DNA from: Octopus vulgaris
Lineage: Eukaryota
DNA length: 64,000 nt
NCBI GenBank assembly: GCA_951406725.2
Contig: OX597823.1
Span: 83,080,001-83,144,000, forward strand
Direction of reading: 5' to 3'
The notes beneath the pieces were generated by a model. That model was not told the origin of the DNA, did no database searches, and was given only the letters and a program-made list of their open reading frames with translations. Both the position numbers and the translations under genes were made by a program. This document shows, in pieces, positions 39,383 through 53,648 of this stretch (within the stretch, counting starts at the first letter, position 1; each line of letters starts with the position of its first letter).

Positions 39383-39799
39383 ACAACCACAACAGAATGC
39401 AAACAGAAGTCACCAATACTTCAAAGCATCAAGCAATGCGTCCACATTTGTATCCCGCTGCTAGATTCAATATTTAATTACAGCTGGATTATTCACCATA
39501 GTTATCGTTAGGAACTATGAATACGTACAAGCTCTAATTGAATTTGTTTAAGTAATACCTGAATAATTAAAGATTTATTTCATCAGCTTTGCTAACCCTT
39601 ATACCCCCGCGAATTAACAGTGCTCGACCTTGAAGAATAGATGAGTTAAGCCCCTTTGATCAGCTTTGATCTGAGTTCTATTACGCGTGTGTGGTGTGTG
39701 ATTGCTATTGTGTGCCAAACCGTATCTTATTGCGGACAAAGGAGGGATTATCTTTGCAGACGGATCTCTCTCAAAGTTCCTTCTTTCATTTTCTTACTC

Positions 39800-40060
39800 A
39801 GGAATGCAATGAAAATTGTAGTTCTAGATACATATAACCGCAGCTATATAATATTCTCGGCGTGTGTGTGCCATTGGAAACCAGAAGTTACAGTTTTCGT
39901 ACGCAAAATGTGCCTTTATAGATGCATTGTGATAAGTAAAACAGTGTATACTCCAGAGCTGGGGATGGTGAAATCGCTCTGGAAGCAACCGCGAGAGCCA
40001 CAAGATACACATTTCGTCGTAACAGTGGCATGACAATATCACCTACTCGTGCCTCTTCCG
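39800..40060 (+). mobile_element. Possible mariner transposase N-terminal relic
   Basis: RSYIIF...KPEV...MCLY...VISKTVY weakly resembles the mariner HTH (R..I.F...I..E...VYG...S..TV..W). Confidence 0.3.
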
Positions 40061-40351
40061 AAACGAAGTCGAATAGCCCAGTTTGACGTATACAGAGACA
40101 GTTGAGATGCTTTTCATTATTCTTTTGATCTTCATAGATCAATTTAATGCTAACCAAATACAATATGGGAACCTCCACGCAGTTGTTGGACAGAGAAGAA
40201 ATAACAGCAAAATTTCACTGACACCTCCCTACTGTCTTAAAAACAAATAAGAAGGATACAAGGAATTTAAGAATTTCGCGATACACTATGTATGGAACTT
40301 TACTTATTTGGGGGCTGATTGACCAGAATAATCCTACGGTTATACAAAAAA

Positions 40352-40899
40352 TATTTTTTATTGCCCACAAGGGACCAAACATAGAGGGGACAAACAAGGA
40401 CAAACAAATGGATTAAGTCGAATATATCGACCCCAGTGCGCAACTGGTACTTAATTTATCGACCCCTAAAGAATGAAAGGCAAAGTCGACCTCGACGGAA
40501 TTTGAACTCAGAACGTAACGGCAGACGAAATACCTATTTCTTTACTATCCACAAGGGACTAAACATAGAGGGGACAGACAAGGACAGACAAACTGATTAA
40601 GTCGATTACATCAAACCGAAAGGATGAAAGGCAAAATCGACCTCGGCGAAATTTGAACTCAGAACGTAACGGCAGACGAAATACTTATTTCTTTACTACC
40701 CACAAGGGACTAAACACAGAGAGGACAGACAAAGGGATTAAATCGATTATATCAATCCCAGTGCGTAACTGGTACTTAATTTATCGACCCCGAAAGGTTG
40801 AAAGGCAAAGTCGACCTCGGCGGAACTTGAACTCAGAACGTAGCGGCAGACGAAATACGGCTATGCATTTCACCCGGTGTGCTAACGTTTCTGCCAGCT
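40352..40899 (-). mobile_element. SINE family A array: one head plus three bodies
   Basis: Junctions GACGAAATAC(C/T)|TATTTCTTTAC at ~40534 and ~40685. Confidence 0.92.
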
Positions 40900-41468
40900 A
40901 ATCATTCATATTATATAGAAACATATCACTTGCATATTTCAGTCGGTGAAACTGGAATTTCGTTGCAACAATAAAAATCTTCGACTGTGTTTCTACTAAT
41001 ATCTCATTCATTTATTTTGAAGTAATCTAAAAATATATTTCTAAAACCGAACAAAACTAATCAATATTAATTTCCATGAGTAAAACAAAATTTAAAAAGA
41101 ATTAGTCGCAATGTCCACTGTTTAAATTCCTTCTATGTATTTCCACTGCGTCCCTTAGATTGCCAAAACCTAATCTGCATAATGTTATTTATCTTCTATT
41201 TTAATCTAATTATCTGACATACTTTTATAAAAAAGAGAAATTCCGGTTCCTTTCAATTATATAAAAATAAGAGAGAGTTAGAGAGAAGCAGGGTGGGAAG
41301 ATTAACAGAGATAACAAGCGATTGAGAGATAACGGAAGGGACTGATGACAATTAGGAAGAGAGAATTGAGAATATAATTTCTTCATGAATAACAATATCT
41401 ATTTAATTGAAAGAGGTGTAGGAAGAGCATCAGCAATAATATTTTTATATACATAGATAGATCTAAGT

Positions 41469-41818
41469 CAATGTTTCTCAACCATTTTTTTATCAATGGA
41501 CCCCTTTGATTATTCTTTTATTCTGGTGGATCCCCATAGCCATTCGATGTTTAAAAACTAGTCTTATAGATACTTCTTTCAAAATTCCTATTTTGCTTTC
41601 ACATGTTCACTTGAGTAGGTTTTCAAAAGAACTCTCTGAGAGAACATGTTTCAGTGGCCGGAAACATGTTAAACTATGTAAGACGCTAGAGAAATAAACG
41701 TAGCTGTTTGTTGCAATACATACATCTAAAGAAAAGTTTTACAATGTACTATTATGGACACCCCAAATATCTCATATAGACCCTCATGGGACATATGGAT
41801 CCCGGTTGAGAACTACTG
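41469..41818. mobile_element. hAT/Charlie-type MITE (350 bp)
   Basis: TIRs CAATGTTTCTCAACC / GGTTGAGAACTACTG. The 8-bp flanks ATCTAAGT / ATCTAGAC fit the NTCTAGAN target preference. Confidence 0.8.
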
Positions 41819-42131
41819 ATCTAGACAGATGACGGCGAAGAGGAGCAGTCGTCGCTGAACGCAAGCATTAGGGGATGTATTTTAACTAACCTAAATTTCG
41901 CTTATTCCTAAACGCTGTTTTGTGTTTATACTGCAGAATTTCTTCCGACCTGGCGGTCTAATAGCGCAACATAGCCAATATTGTTGTCCGTGTTTAAGTT
42001 AAAGCTACGGTTTTAATTACATCTGTCCATAGTTATCTCTCTTCGCTATTTCCCATTGATATCGTCTGAACAACTAGAAACACTTCGTCTGGGAATTCGA
42101 CAGGGAGCAATACTGGGTAGATATGGTGTTG

Positions 42132-42384
42132 TTACACCTTTTAACATAAGAGATAATTTTTTTCTCCACAGTAACTTCAATGATTATGCCTTTAAAATTT
42201 TAAATATGTAACAAAAATGTTTGAATTATTCATGCATCTTCTCGTACTTTGAGAATTCGCAGATGTTATTGTTTGCTTTTAGAACGATATTGTAGGACTT
42301 GTGTGACAAGCCGGATCTGGCCACTTTGAACATAAAGCAGAATAATTGGGCGAGTTATGGTCGGTTTAAATATTAAAGGTTTAA
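42132..42384. mobile_element. piggyBac-like (TTAA) MITE, degraded
   Basis: Ends ...CCTTTTAACAT and ...AATATTAAAGGT-TTAA. The internal TTTGAACATA.A.CAG..AT..GG.CGGTT block is shared with 57035-57113. Confidence 0.6.
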
Positions 42385-42772
42385 AGTAATCGACTACACC
42401 TTGATTTAAAGTCTCTTGTAAATTGCTGATAAAAATAATGTGGTACCATTTAGGATTTCAAGAGAAATTTTGGTTTAATTTTCATAAATATTTGAGGGAG
42501 AAAAATTAATAAGTTCCAAATTCTTGCTGCACGAGAAAGGTGGACTATAAGAGTAATCACCATTCCCGCTCCTCGATCATTCATATATGTCAAAGTTTGG
42601 AGCAAACCCTTTGGGAATCTCATATTTACTATTATTTATAGCTTTCTCTACTTCCAGTTCCACCGTCAAAAGCGATTTAATGCATGTCCCTCGAAGTTTC
42701 TAAACTCTTGTGAGACAAGAAATACTACAGTATGCACACACACATACACACACACACACACACACACGCACA

Positions 42773-42805
<33 letters not shown>

Positions 42806-42860
42806 CTATATATATATAAGAACATATATATATATATATATATACAGTATTATTCTTGCT

Positions 42861-42907
<47 letters not shown>

Positions 42908-43612
42908 CATGTATATTTGTATGTTTATATATATGCATATATGAATACATGCATGTATATACGCATATTTATACATACATACATGTTTGTATTATATATA
43001 TATATATATATATATAATAAAGCACACACATGTATGTATGTATGTTTGTGTGCGTATGCATATGTATGTACATATGCATTCATGCATGCATGCATGCATG
43101 TATGTATGTATGTATGTATGTATGTATGTATGTATGTATGTATGTATGAATCGTTTACACGGGCTGGTGCATATTAAAATATTGCATCCGTTTCCAGATA
43201 TGAAGTTGCCAACGTGCAGAAGAAGAAATGCATGAAGAGACATTCTTTTGTCTTATCGTGCTGTAAACGAGGCAGCATTGATTCAGCCAGTGCTATGACA
43301 TTTCGAGCAGGATTCAGGATATTGAAAATGTCTTTCTAAAGATCCCTGGGAAGACATTACGATTATACGATGACCAATATTAAAGCTAAGAGAGGAAATG
43401 AACGAGAGAGGATGCCAGCCGGAGAGTAATGATTTTATTAATACTTATTACACAAATACCACCCTACACATAGTCGTATGCACATGGGTTACATATGTTT
43501 ATAGGCAGGCAGTCATACATACATACATACAGACAGACAGACATACAGACAGACAGACAGACGGACAGACAGACAGACAGACATATAGATAGATAGATAG
43601 ATAGATAGATAT

Positions 43613-43654
<42 letters not shown>

Positions 43655-43828
43655 TAAGTGAGTGATAGATAGATTGATTGATATACACACATAGATACAT
43701 ATGTAAACATATATGCCATCACATACATCACATGCACACACACACATGTATATATATATATATGCGCATGTATAAATATATAAATATATGAGTAAATGTG
43801 TGTGCGTAAATACATACATACACCTGTA

Positions 43829-43890
<62 letters not shown>

Positions 43891-43931
43891 CATACATATA
43901 TGTGTATATATATGTGTGGAGAGATACATAT

Positions 43932-44006
<75 letters not shown>

Positions 44007-44109
44007 TCCGTGTGTGTTTGTGGAGAGAGAGAAAGGGAGAGAAATATATCGACAGACAGACAGATAGATAGATAGATCTAGAACCTCACTTCTATGTTTC
44101 ATAAACACG

Positions 44110-44560
44110 ACACACCAAGCCACCTGCATGTCTCCCCAAACAATTTCATCTCCCCCTATTTTGACACATTCCTCGCACTTCATGTTGCTTTTCTTTCCTA
44201 TACCCAAAAGGCAAACAATGCTCTCTACTCCTTCGAATTCTTTTCCTTTCGCCCGGCCAATCCGGTATCGTAATCACTGAGGGCTTCATCCCTTCGTATT
44301 CTCTTTTATCTCTTGACGAAGGCTTCCCGAACTCAGAACGCATTCTCGACTTCCATACTTTATCCCAGCATCTTCACTAACTCCTTTTTTTCTGAACTTG
44401 TTGTCACGCTCCACTGTTTACCTTTCGAGGATAACATCTCTGAACATTTACTGGAATAGTCATGGGTGCAAGAATGTACCCTAACAGTTGCAACTTATGG
44501 TCAACAAAGCAATTTTCTTCCCATCTCCGAGTAGAATCATATCAAACGTCTTTCTTTCAC
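44110..44560 (-). mobile_element. Degenerate LINE (RTE/L2-like) C-terminal relic
   Basis: Remnants resemble LRWFGH...GRGRPRK.W.E.V...DR..WR. Confidence 0.4.
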
Positions 44561-44799
44561 ATCTAAATAATTGCATTACAAAATTTTTTTATACTTCCCC
44601 GTTTGATTCATTGTTGCACGCTCGAAAACAACGCTTTTCCACTTCCGAAATCTTATTATACAATTCCAAACACACACCACCCACACACACACACGATCAT
44701 GTAACTTGCTCCGTATATCCCACATCGGTTCTTTGAAACTTTTATTTATACACACACACGCTTGCTCATACACGTCCGCAAAGCGTCTCATACACTTGT

Positions 44800-45260
44800 T
44801 TATACTATTGATGACCTTCAGGAGCATTGTGCGCTCTAACACAAATATTTTGCATTTGCGGCTCCGCTGGTGGCTAATGAGCCCTGCTATTGACATGCAT
44901 ATACGACTGCAAACATTGCAAACCAAGCTTTCCCCATTCACTACACCAGTAGTGCTCTTTCAAGAAGCACGCTTAAGTTCTTCATGCAGAATACGTGCTC
45001 TCTCCTAAGTGTCGATCTCCTCCTTAACCTGCTTCATACTACCCATCTAAATATTACAAGCCAACGTCCCCTATTTCCAATGAGTAACAACAATATATTT
45101 CCACACTTACAGGCATCTATAAACAATCTCACTCCACAACACAAACGTACACACCATCTCCTTTCTTCAAGACATAGAAACACTCACATGTATATATGAA
45201 ACTATACAGCGACCACTTTCTTCCTCCTCAACTCCTCCATAGAACGGCACTGCAAGTTCC
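44800..45260 (-). mobile_element. RTE-clade LINE 3' end
   Basis: VNGESLVCNVCSRICMSIAGLISHQRS (terminal C2H2-like motif). A paralogous piece lies at 47335-47480. Confidence 0.75.
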
Positions 45261-45572
45261 TAACCATTCACCATCTTACAGTGTTTTTTTCTCTTTTGTT
45301 AAAATTTTTTATCCATTAAGTACTTTTTAAAATTTTGTAATATTCTTTTATTATTTTTTCTTATAATCCACACACTAATTCCTGTTCCGTTCCACTCTCA
45401 CAATGTTCCAATTTTCTTTTTCTTTTTCTTTTCTTTCTGGTGAAAGGCTAACGTCGGAAATGATAAATCACATTGCTTTCAAATTCTCTAGACAAACTAA
45501 TATTTGTCGAACTTATCTCTTTTAGTGTTGATATTTTTAATGCTTATTGACTTTGCATGTGTGAGTGTGTTT

Positions 45573-45637
<65 letters not shown>

Positions 45638-45889
45638 CATACAGAGGAGCGAAAGCTCTCAAACACGCTTCCATTTTTCCTGGGCGTGAAACTATTACAC
45701 TATGCTTGTAGTTCCCTCACTTGTCTCTGTCAGCTATACAAGTATGTGTGTATGAGTGTGCATGTAAATAGATAAAGAGGTGTAGATATATCATCTATGT
45801 GTGTGTATATATACATATATATACTGGTATGTATGTGTGTGTACGTGCGTGTGTGTGCACGCGAGTGCGTAAATGTACGGGTGTTGCGT

Positions 45890-46105
45890 TGAGTTCTTGA
45901 GCATTGTCTTTCGTGTAATATAAATAATTATGCCGATATGTCTCTGTCGATGAAAGAATGGCGCAAACAAAACCTCTGCAAGCAACGTCGAGTCGATGGA
46001 GGGAGTGAGCTACTTTAGAACAAAATCGTTCGGTTGCTATAAACAAACCTCTGCAGGTCGTTGAGCAAGAAACACATCACTCATCGTCTACGATAAGAAA
46101 GTTGA
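45890..46105 (+). mobile_element. Dispersed repeat with an RTE-type tail (possible SINE 3' half)
   Basis: 45900-45960 matches 38314-38374 (GTGTAAT.TAAATAATTATGCCGATATGTCT). It ends in CATCGTCTACGAT. Confidence 0.55.
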
Positions 46106-46109
46106 CCAC

Positions 46110-46205
<96 letters not shown>

Positions 46206-46240
46206 GGACAGACAGACAGATAGGTAGATAGATAGATTAG

Positions 46241-46300
<60 letters not shown>

Positions 46301-46302
46301 TA

Positions 46303-46380
<78 letters not shown>

Positions 46381-46438
46381 GTACGGAGGGATGGATGGAT
46401 ACATACATAGATAGATATAGATAGATAGATACATTGAT

Positions 46439-46536
<98 letters not shown>
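46110..46536. repeat. (GATA)n microsatellite, interrupted
   Basis: About 430 bp of GATA/GACA/GGAT units. Confidence 0.97.
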
Positions 46537-46537
<1 letters not shown>

Positions 46538-46584
46538 TCCATACGATCATGTGTACATGTATCTATGTATCCTTTTAAGTTTTT

Positions 46585-46800
46585 ATTCTTTCGCTTGTCT
46601 CAGTCATTTGACTGTGGCCATGCTGAAGCACCATCTTGAAAGGATTTTGTCGAACAAATAAACCTCTGGGCTTATTTTATAAATCTAGTACTTATTCTAT
46701 CAGTATCTTTGGCCGAACCGGTAAGTTACGGAGATATAAACACAATATCACCGGTGGTCAAGTGGTTATGTGGGAACAAACACAAGCACAAAGGCACGCA
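46585..46800 (-). mobile_element. SINE family B, 3' half
   Basis: CAGTCATTTGACTGTGGCCATGCTG...GGGAACAAACACA. Confidence 0.8.
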
Positions 46801-47334
46801 CACATAAATATATCAGCTAACTCTACTAATTTAGAGCAGCATATGAACTACATAAATAATATTAAAATGCGACAACATTTGAATAACCCACCTACTGGAT
46901 CTAGGAAACATACGCATCTAAATAATAACGAAGGAGATGTAAACCGTAATGAAAAGCGCCAAATTCGACCAACTTGTGATAGTAGAGATGATTATGATAT
47001 TGCTAACACGGTAACAATGTCGTAAAATGAGGTCAGAACTGCCATATATATAAATATAAACAATGCTCATGCAGAGAAAAATCAAAATACCCACTGATGA
47101 ACCACTGTATGAGTACAAATCTTGTATATAAATGTACCGTGCACACAAGGGCCGTATGTCTACACTCAGCAGACGGCTGATTTATTTAAGAGTCCTTATC
47201 GCAATCATGTCGCCAGCTTTAAGAGAATCAGTAAGTGACATTCAACATCTTTGACCGATTTTGTGTGGTGGCTGTAAGAATATAAAATTAGGTATAACGT
47301 AACTTGATGCAGTGTAAGGCAAAACCATACAATA

Positions 47335-47480
47335 TCCCTTGACATCTCTTCACAGGCATATACGACTGCAAGCATTGCAAACCAATCTTTCCCCATTCAC
47401 TACATCCTTTCAAGAAGCACGCTTATGTTCTCCACGCAGAATTCGTTCTCCCTCATAAGTATCGACCCCCCCCCTTAACC
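47335..47480 (-). mobile_element. RTE fragment paralogous to 44890-45030
   Basis: GCATATACGACTGCAA.CATTGCAAACCAA.CTTTCCCCATTCACTACA is shared. Confidence 0.75.
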
Positions 47481-47536
47481 TTCTTTCTCCATCTGTGTGA
47501 GTGTGTGCGTGTGTATGTATGTGCGTGTATGTATGT

Positions 47537-47857
47537 GAAGGCATGTGGCTTAGTGGTTAGGACATTCGGCTGACGATTGTAAAGTCGTGAGTTCAATTCC
47601 CGGCGACGCGTTGTGTCCTTGAGCAAGACACTTTATTTCACGTTGCTCCAGTCCACTCAGCTGGTAAAAATGAGTTGTACCTGTATTTCAAAGGGCTGGC
47701 CTTGTCACACTCTGTGTCACGCTGAATCTCCCTGAGAACTACGTTAAGGGTACACGTGTCTGTGGGTTGCTCAGTTACTTGCACGTTAATTCCACGAGCA
47801 AGCTGTTCCGTTGATCGTATCACCTGGAACCCTCGTCGTCGTAACCGACGGAGTGCT
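47537..47857 (+). mobile_element. tRNA-headed CORE-like SINE, head D + tail X
   Basis: TGGCTTAGTGGTTAGG, GAGTTCAATTCCC, TCCTTGAGCAAGACACTT. The tail is shared with 7547. Confidence 0.9.
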
Positions 47858-47924
47858 CCTATCTGTATGTACACACATATATACGTATAAATACATATAT
47901 TACATATGTATGTACGTGTGTCTT

Positions 47925-48460
47925 TGTGCTGTTTGAAAGTTTTGAAATTTTCAATCGAACAAATCTATCCCAGAAAGTATTTCCTTTTTTTAAATCTGTA
48001 CTTGTTCTATCGGTTCTTCTTGCCAAACCGCTAAGTTATGGCGACGTATACAAACCAACAACGGTTGTCAATTGCTATATTGAGAGGCTACCACAAAGAC
48101 ACACGCACATACATATATAATATATGTATTTATACGCATATACGTGTGTACATACATACACGCACACCTACACACACGCACACACATAAATGCATATATA
48201 CATACATAAGTACGTACGTACATACATGCATACATACATACATACATACATACATACATACATACATACATACATACATACATACATACATACATACATA
48301 CATACGACGAACCTCTATTGTCTTTAGTCTACCAAATCCACTAACAAGGCCTTGATCGGCGCGCGACAACAGTGGAACCCCGGATCCCAAGGTGCCACAC
48401 AATGGGACTGAGCCTGGTGCCTTGTGGATGGGAAGTAAAACGTCTTACCATGCAGTCACA
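47925..48460 (-). mobile_element. SINE family B with an expanded internal (CATA)n
   Basis: Head and tail pieces flank about 200 bp of microsatellite. Confidence 0.75.
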
Positions 48461-49477
48461 TTCAATATTTTTCATACAAAACATTTTTCTATGCATTTCT
48501 TATATTTACATACCATATCTTTTTTCTGTTTTTTTTTTTAAGATTTCAAAAAATATTCTTCTGTATAAATAATCACATTATGAACACTACATAATCTTTG
48601 AAAATGAAGAGGCTAGCCATTAATAGATTATTACAAGAGTTAGTTATATGAAACATAATTGGTCTATTTTAGACGCTAATTAAGCGAAAAAGATATTCTA
48701 AGCAGTTTTTAGCACATATTCATTAACTGCTTAAAGTACAAGATATAAATACTCATCACAAAGAGAGATATTTAGTATTTTAATCGTCGTCTTTTTGTTT
48801 TATATAATCTCTAATTTTTTTTGTTTTTTTTTCAACTGGTTTTTTTTTGTTTATTTATTTTTCTTGATTCTCCAATTCCAAGGTTTTTCTGCTTTAAAAT
48901 ACAATTTTTAATTTAGTAGAAAAATTTATATTGAGAACGCATTCCAAATTAAAACTGCAAGCATATTTTAAACATGAATATTATATGCTCATGTGTGAAT
49001 GGATGAGAATGGATGAGTGTGTATGCACGTATGTACACACGTATCTATGTATGTGTGTGTGAATGTAGATTCGTGTATATGCAAATATTTATTAATGTTT
49101 ACTTATGTATCTATGCGTGTTTTTACGTATGTATATGTGTGTGTGTGTATGTGTGTCCATGTGTGTGTGTTTGTGTGTATGTATGCAAGTGTACATGTGT
49201 TTGTATGAGTACGTGTGATTATGTATAACTTCTAAGGATACTGAATGGCAATTACGTCATCACGTTTCACAGCTTAACTGCACATTTCACAGTTATCGCC
49301 GGATAAATGTAAATTTTAACGCGCGCGCTCCAGGCTCTAATTACCTGACAATCACATACTGAAAGGTAAATATAGTTATAGGCTTCTGTTTGCACATGTC
49401 TTTCGCCAATAGAATTAAGCCCCCACACTCACACACACGCATTTACACACCACACACACATATATATATGTATGTAA

Positions 49478-49560
<83 letters not shown>

Positions 49561-49561
49561 G

Positions 49562-49595
<34 letters not shown>

Positions 49596-49659
49596 ATATA
49601 TATATATATGTATATATACATATGTATGTATGCATATTTACATATATATATACATGTAC

Positions 49660-50310
49660 ATAAAAACGAATTTGTTCAAGCTATTTTACAAATCTATATC
49701 TAAGCACTTTATTAAAGAATATAATAAAGAATATAAATATTATAAAATAATTAATAATAAAAGTGATTAAAATAGGTTTTTCAGTATCTAAAAATTTGTC
49801 TAGAATTTTCTCGTCTGTTAATAAAAGTTTAGCCAGTCGTATAATGATAGAAATAATATTACCATTACAGAAAGCGATCTAGCTAGAAATTGTGACTGTA
49901 GATTTATGGGTAAGTGTTATTTTAATAATTTTTGTTTACAGATGTAGGGTGGTGGATTCAGAACATAGAAATTATTTTTACATAGGATTAATGGACAATT
50001 TTATTAAAAACGGATAGTAAGCCATGAGTACACCTTTACGAATAGAAATAGGTTTAACAGTACTATTCTTAGTAAAATAATTTGGAAATTGAAGGATAGT
50101 AAGAAATTATACAAAATATTGAAGGATAGTAAGAAATTATACAAAATAAATTGGAAAATAGTCATGCTAGATCGTATAAAATTAATGGCGCTAGATGCAA
50201 CGATTGCATAGATGAATTATACCAGATATTAACATCTAAGAAAAAATTGCTGAATGAAAGACGTGAGAGTGTTCTATCATGTACACACTATTCTAAATAT
50301 GTGCTTAGAA
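49660..50310 (+). mobile_element. PLE GIY-YIG endonuclease region (degenerate)
   Basis: NCDCR..KC...FVYRCRV...YFYIGL...RIVSHEYTF...STILSKIIWKLK...NWKI...SYK...RCNDCIDE..QIL...LLNERRE...SCTH..K. A ~29-bp tandem duplication lies at ~50088-50147. Confidence 0.85.
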
Positions 50311-50484
50311 AATTGGATCAAGTGTCTATATTTGTACTCGTATCTACCCATTTATATGTGAACATGTATATGTACATATGTGTGTATATATGTATATGTA
50401 TATATATATGTATATGTATTTATAAGTACATGTGTATATGCATGCATATGTATATGTACAAGTATGTCCATGCAAGCCTCTATA

Positions 50485-50522
<38 letters not shown>

Positions 50523-50524
<2 letters not shown>

Positions 50525-50770
50525 ATAAAGGGTTAAAAGCAACAAGTTGCTCAAAACCACATACCGAAAATATTAGAAATACCAGCCAAAATTGGTCAGT
50601 ATTTCCTCTACTAGTAAAAAGTCTCCACAAACAAACAGAATTTGTAAGCTGTATATGGCAAAAAAAAGGCAGAAAATAATGAAAACCCAGCCTCTCTTTT
50701 CCATACCGACAAATCTACTAGGTGAAATTGATTAATTTTATTAAATTAATTATATTCCACCCTTTATTGA
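50523..50770 (+). mobile_element. Short PLE 3' fragment between (TA)n tracts
   Basis: ATSCSK...NWSV...KS resembles the GIY-YIG C-terminal part. The ends are inverted (AATAAAGGGT / ACCCTTTATT). Confidence 0.45.
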
Positions 50771-50818
<48 letters not shown>

Positions 50819-50853
50819 ATAAGGATGTATATGTATCTATCTATCTATATATA

Positions 50854-50898
<45 letters not shown>

Positions 50899-51031
50899 AT
50901 ATATATATATGTGTGTGTGTGTTGTATGTGTGTATATGTTTATACGTATACATATACATGTATGTATATATACATATATAAGCATATGTTTGTGCATGTA
51001 TATGTAAGTATGTATTTATGAATATATATGC

Positions 51032-51123
<92 letters not shown>

Positions 51124-52611
51124 ATATTTAATCAATATTATAATATTGTGAATTTGTGAATTTGGAAAATTAATTGTTAGTGGATTAATTCAGAATTTGA
51201 TTTCTTTTAATGCAATCCTTTTAGTTACTGTTATATACATCATTATATAAGTATTAATATTAATTATGTATCACAAAGACGATGTCTTCATCTTATTTGT
51301 GATATAAAGGAATATATGCATAAATACAGTCATTCAATTTATTAGTTATTTGATGATAATTATAATAATGATAATAATAGATAAATAGTTTTATTTGACT
51401 TAATAAATAAATTTAATAATTATCATAGTATTGTATACTTTATAACATAGTATAACATAAACAATTATTAAATCATAAAATTTGTATATATACTATTTAT
51501 AGTCTTTTAATTTAAGAATAATAATATTAATTATTTTATTGTGAGCAATCCTTAGTACTTGTTTTGTTATTTTACTTACTTTTTACTTATTTACAAAGTT
51601 CTCCCTTCCACAATATACGAATAATAATCCTTATTTAAGTAACTCCAAATCTGGTTACCTGTAAAAAAAAAACAGTAATATGTTGATATCCATTATTATA
51701 GCCTAACTCTGTATCCATGGGTTTTTTAGGTTATAGTGTTTATTGCCATAAGTTTATCTTCACATTTATTAAGGATTCTCCCTACGATAAGTAAACAAAG
51801 AAAACTTTTTTTTATTTGGGTTTCTATTCATATTTATAACGGAATTATCCATATGATAAACAATAATTATACAACATTCATATTAATTACATTAAACAAG
51901 GTTTTTCATTTTTTCTTATATCAATAACTTTAAATAAATAGAAGAGTTATTATATATTACAGATATAATTATCATTTATATTTTTTACATTGTATTACAG
52001 TTCTAGATAAAGCAAGACCCTGATACTTAATTATATACATATATATTATTGTTGTATGTTATTATAGCGAGAGATTCTTTTAGACATAAACGAGTTTGGA
52101 TTGATATTATTTGAGATATATAGAAATACATTTCGATAATTGCAGATTACACTTAATTTTTTCGTCCGTTATAATTGTTTCCTGTTTTTTTTTTTAATTG
52201 TAATTGATTTGTAATTGAATAGTTAATACATAGGCATTTCAATTAATTTTTTTACAATCCAGCCGTCCTTTCACACAGAATTGTGTCTATCTTTAAACTC
52301 TAGCTCTCTGGTTATTATTTATATATCAAAAGCTGTGTGTAAGCCGAAAAAAAAAATTCTTGACCTTTTGATGTTTTAATAATTGCTTATGTTATATTAT
52401 GTTATATTATATTCATAGTATATTACGTTATATTATAATATAAATAAATTATTGGATTGTCAACTGTATCTCTATTTCATTTATTGTTTGTAATTTGCAC
52501 TATACCCATATTTAAATAGTATTCAACTGACGTACCAGTGAATTGAATATTCCACACACTCTTTGAAGGAATTATTGTCATTTGTTATTTAATTTACACA
52601 CACACATGCAC

Positions 52612-52698
<87 letters not shown>

Positions 52699-52732
52699 CA
52701 TACATACATACATACATACATACATACATACA

Positions 52733-52764
<32 letters not shown>

Positions 52765-53072
52765 GCTCATAGATGAGAATCACATATTCTCCGTACAGTA
52801 TACACTTTGTAGTGCTCAAGAGATTTAATCTTGAGCGCATTTAGAAGTAATTATATGGAAAACGGAAGTTAGACGGATCAATATATAAAGTATATTAAAT
52901 ACATGAAATACAAAATATGTATGTGTTTACATACATCTTTGAGCTTCTCTCCTTCAATACCTCGAATGTAAGCTCTCTTCCTTGAAGATAGAGCCTCGTC
53001 TAATCCTACGATAGAATCAATCTACAAACATTATTTTTGATCACCGAGACCCCAGGAACTGCTGTTGGATTT

Positions 53073-53430
53073 AGTGGATGTATGGTAAGTAGCTTGCTTA
53101 CGAACCACATGGTTCCGGATTCAGTCCCACAGCCTTGTGAGTGGATTTGGTAGACGGAAACAGAAAAGAAGCCTGTCGTATATATGTATGTGTATATATA
53201 TATGTATATGTGTGTGTGTGTGTCTGCATTTGTCCCCCCCCCTCACCATCGCTTGACAACCGATGTTGCAGTATTAATGTCCTCGTAACTTCGCGGTCCG
53301 GCAAAGGAAACCGATAAAATAAGTAATAGGCTTACAAAGAATAAATCTTGGGGTCGATTTGCTCGACTAAAGGCGGTGCTCCAGCATGGCCGCAGTCAAA
53401 TGACTGAAACAAGTAAAAGAGTAAAGAGTA
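53073..53430 (+). mobile_element. SINE family B
   Basis: Colinear with 10737 except for a ~45-bp deletion. Confidence 0.9.
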
Positions 53431-53603
53431 ACCCCTTTAATTCTCAGTATCTCAACTTTTGTATCTAAACATACATTTTTCGTATTTCATGCATTTAAAA
53501 TACCTTAAATATTGATCTGTCTAACTTGCTTATCCCTACATTTACTTATATATATATACACATACAGATACACACACACACACACGCACACACACACACA
53601 CAT

Positions 53604-53648
<45 letters not shown>

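Noticed and set aside
40352-40899. Regularly repeated units resembling a CRISPR or satellite array
   Set aside because: The units are 150-180-bp SINE bodies with no unique spacers. There are no cas genes and the context is eukaryotic.
44576-44941. C2H2-like ORF as a host zinc-finger gene
   Set aside because: It is a single terminal finger typical of an RTE ORF end, lacks TGEKP linkers, and has a second decayed copy at 47335.
45433-45470. CTGGTGA-AAGGCTAACGTC-GGAAATGAT hammerhead-like string
   Set aside because: Stems II and III and the cleavage triplet are too degraded to call as a feature.
46940-47190. CTGATGA at ~47094 and a possible N-terminal zinc-finger relic
   Set aside because: There is no downstream GAAA or stems, and the peptide similarity is too weak.
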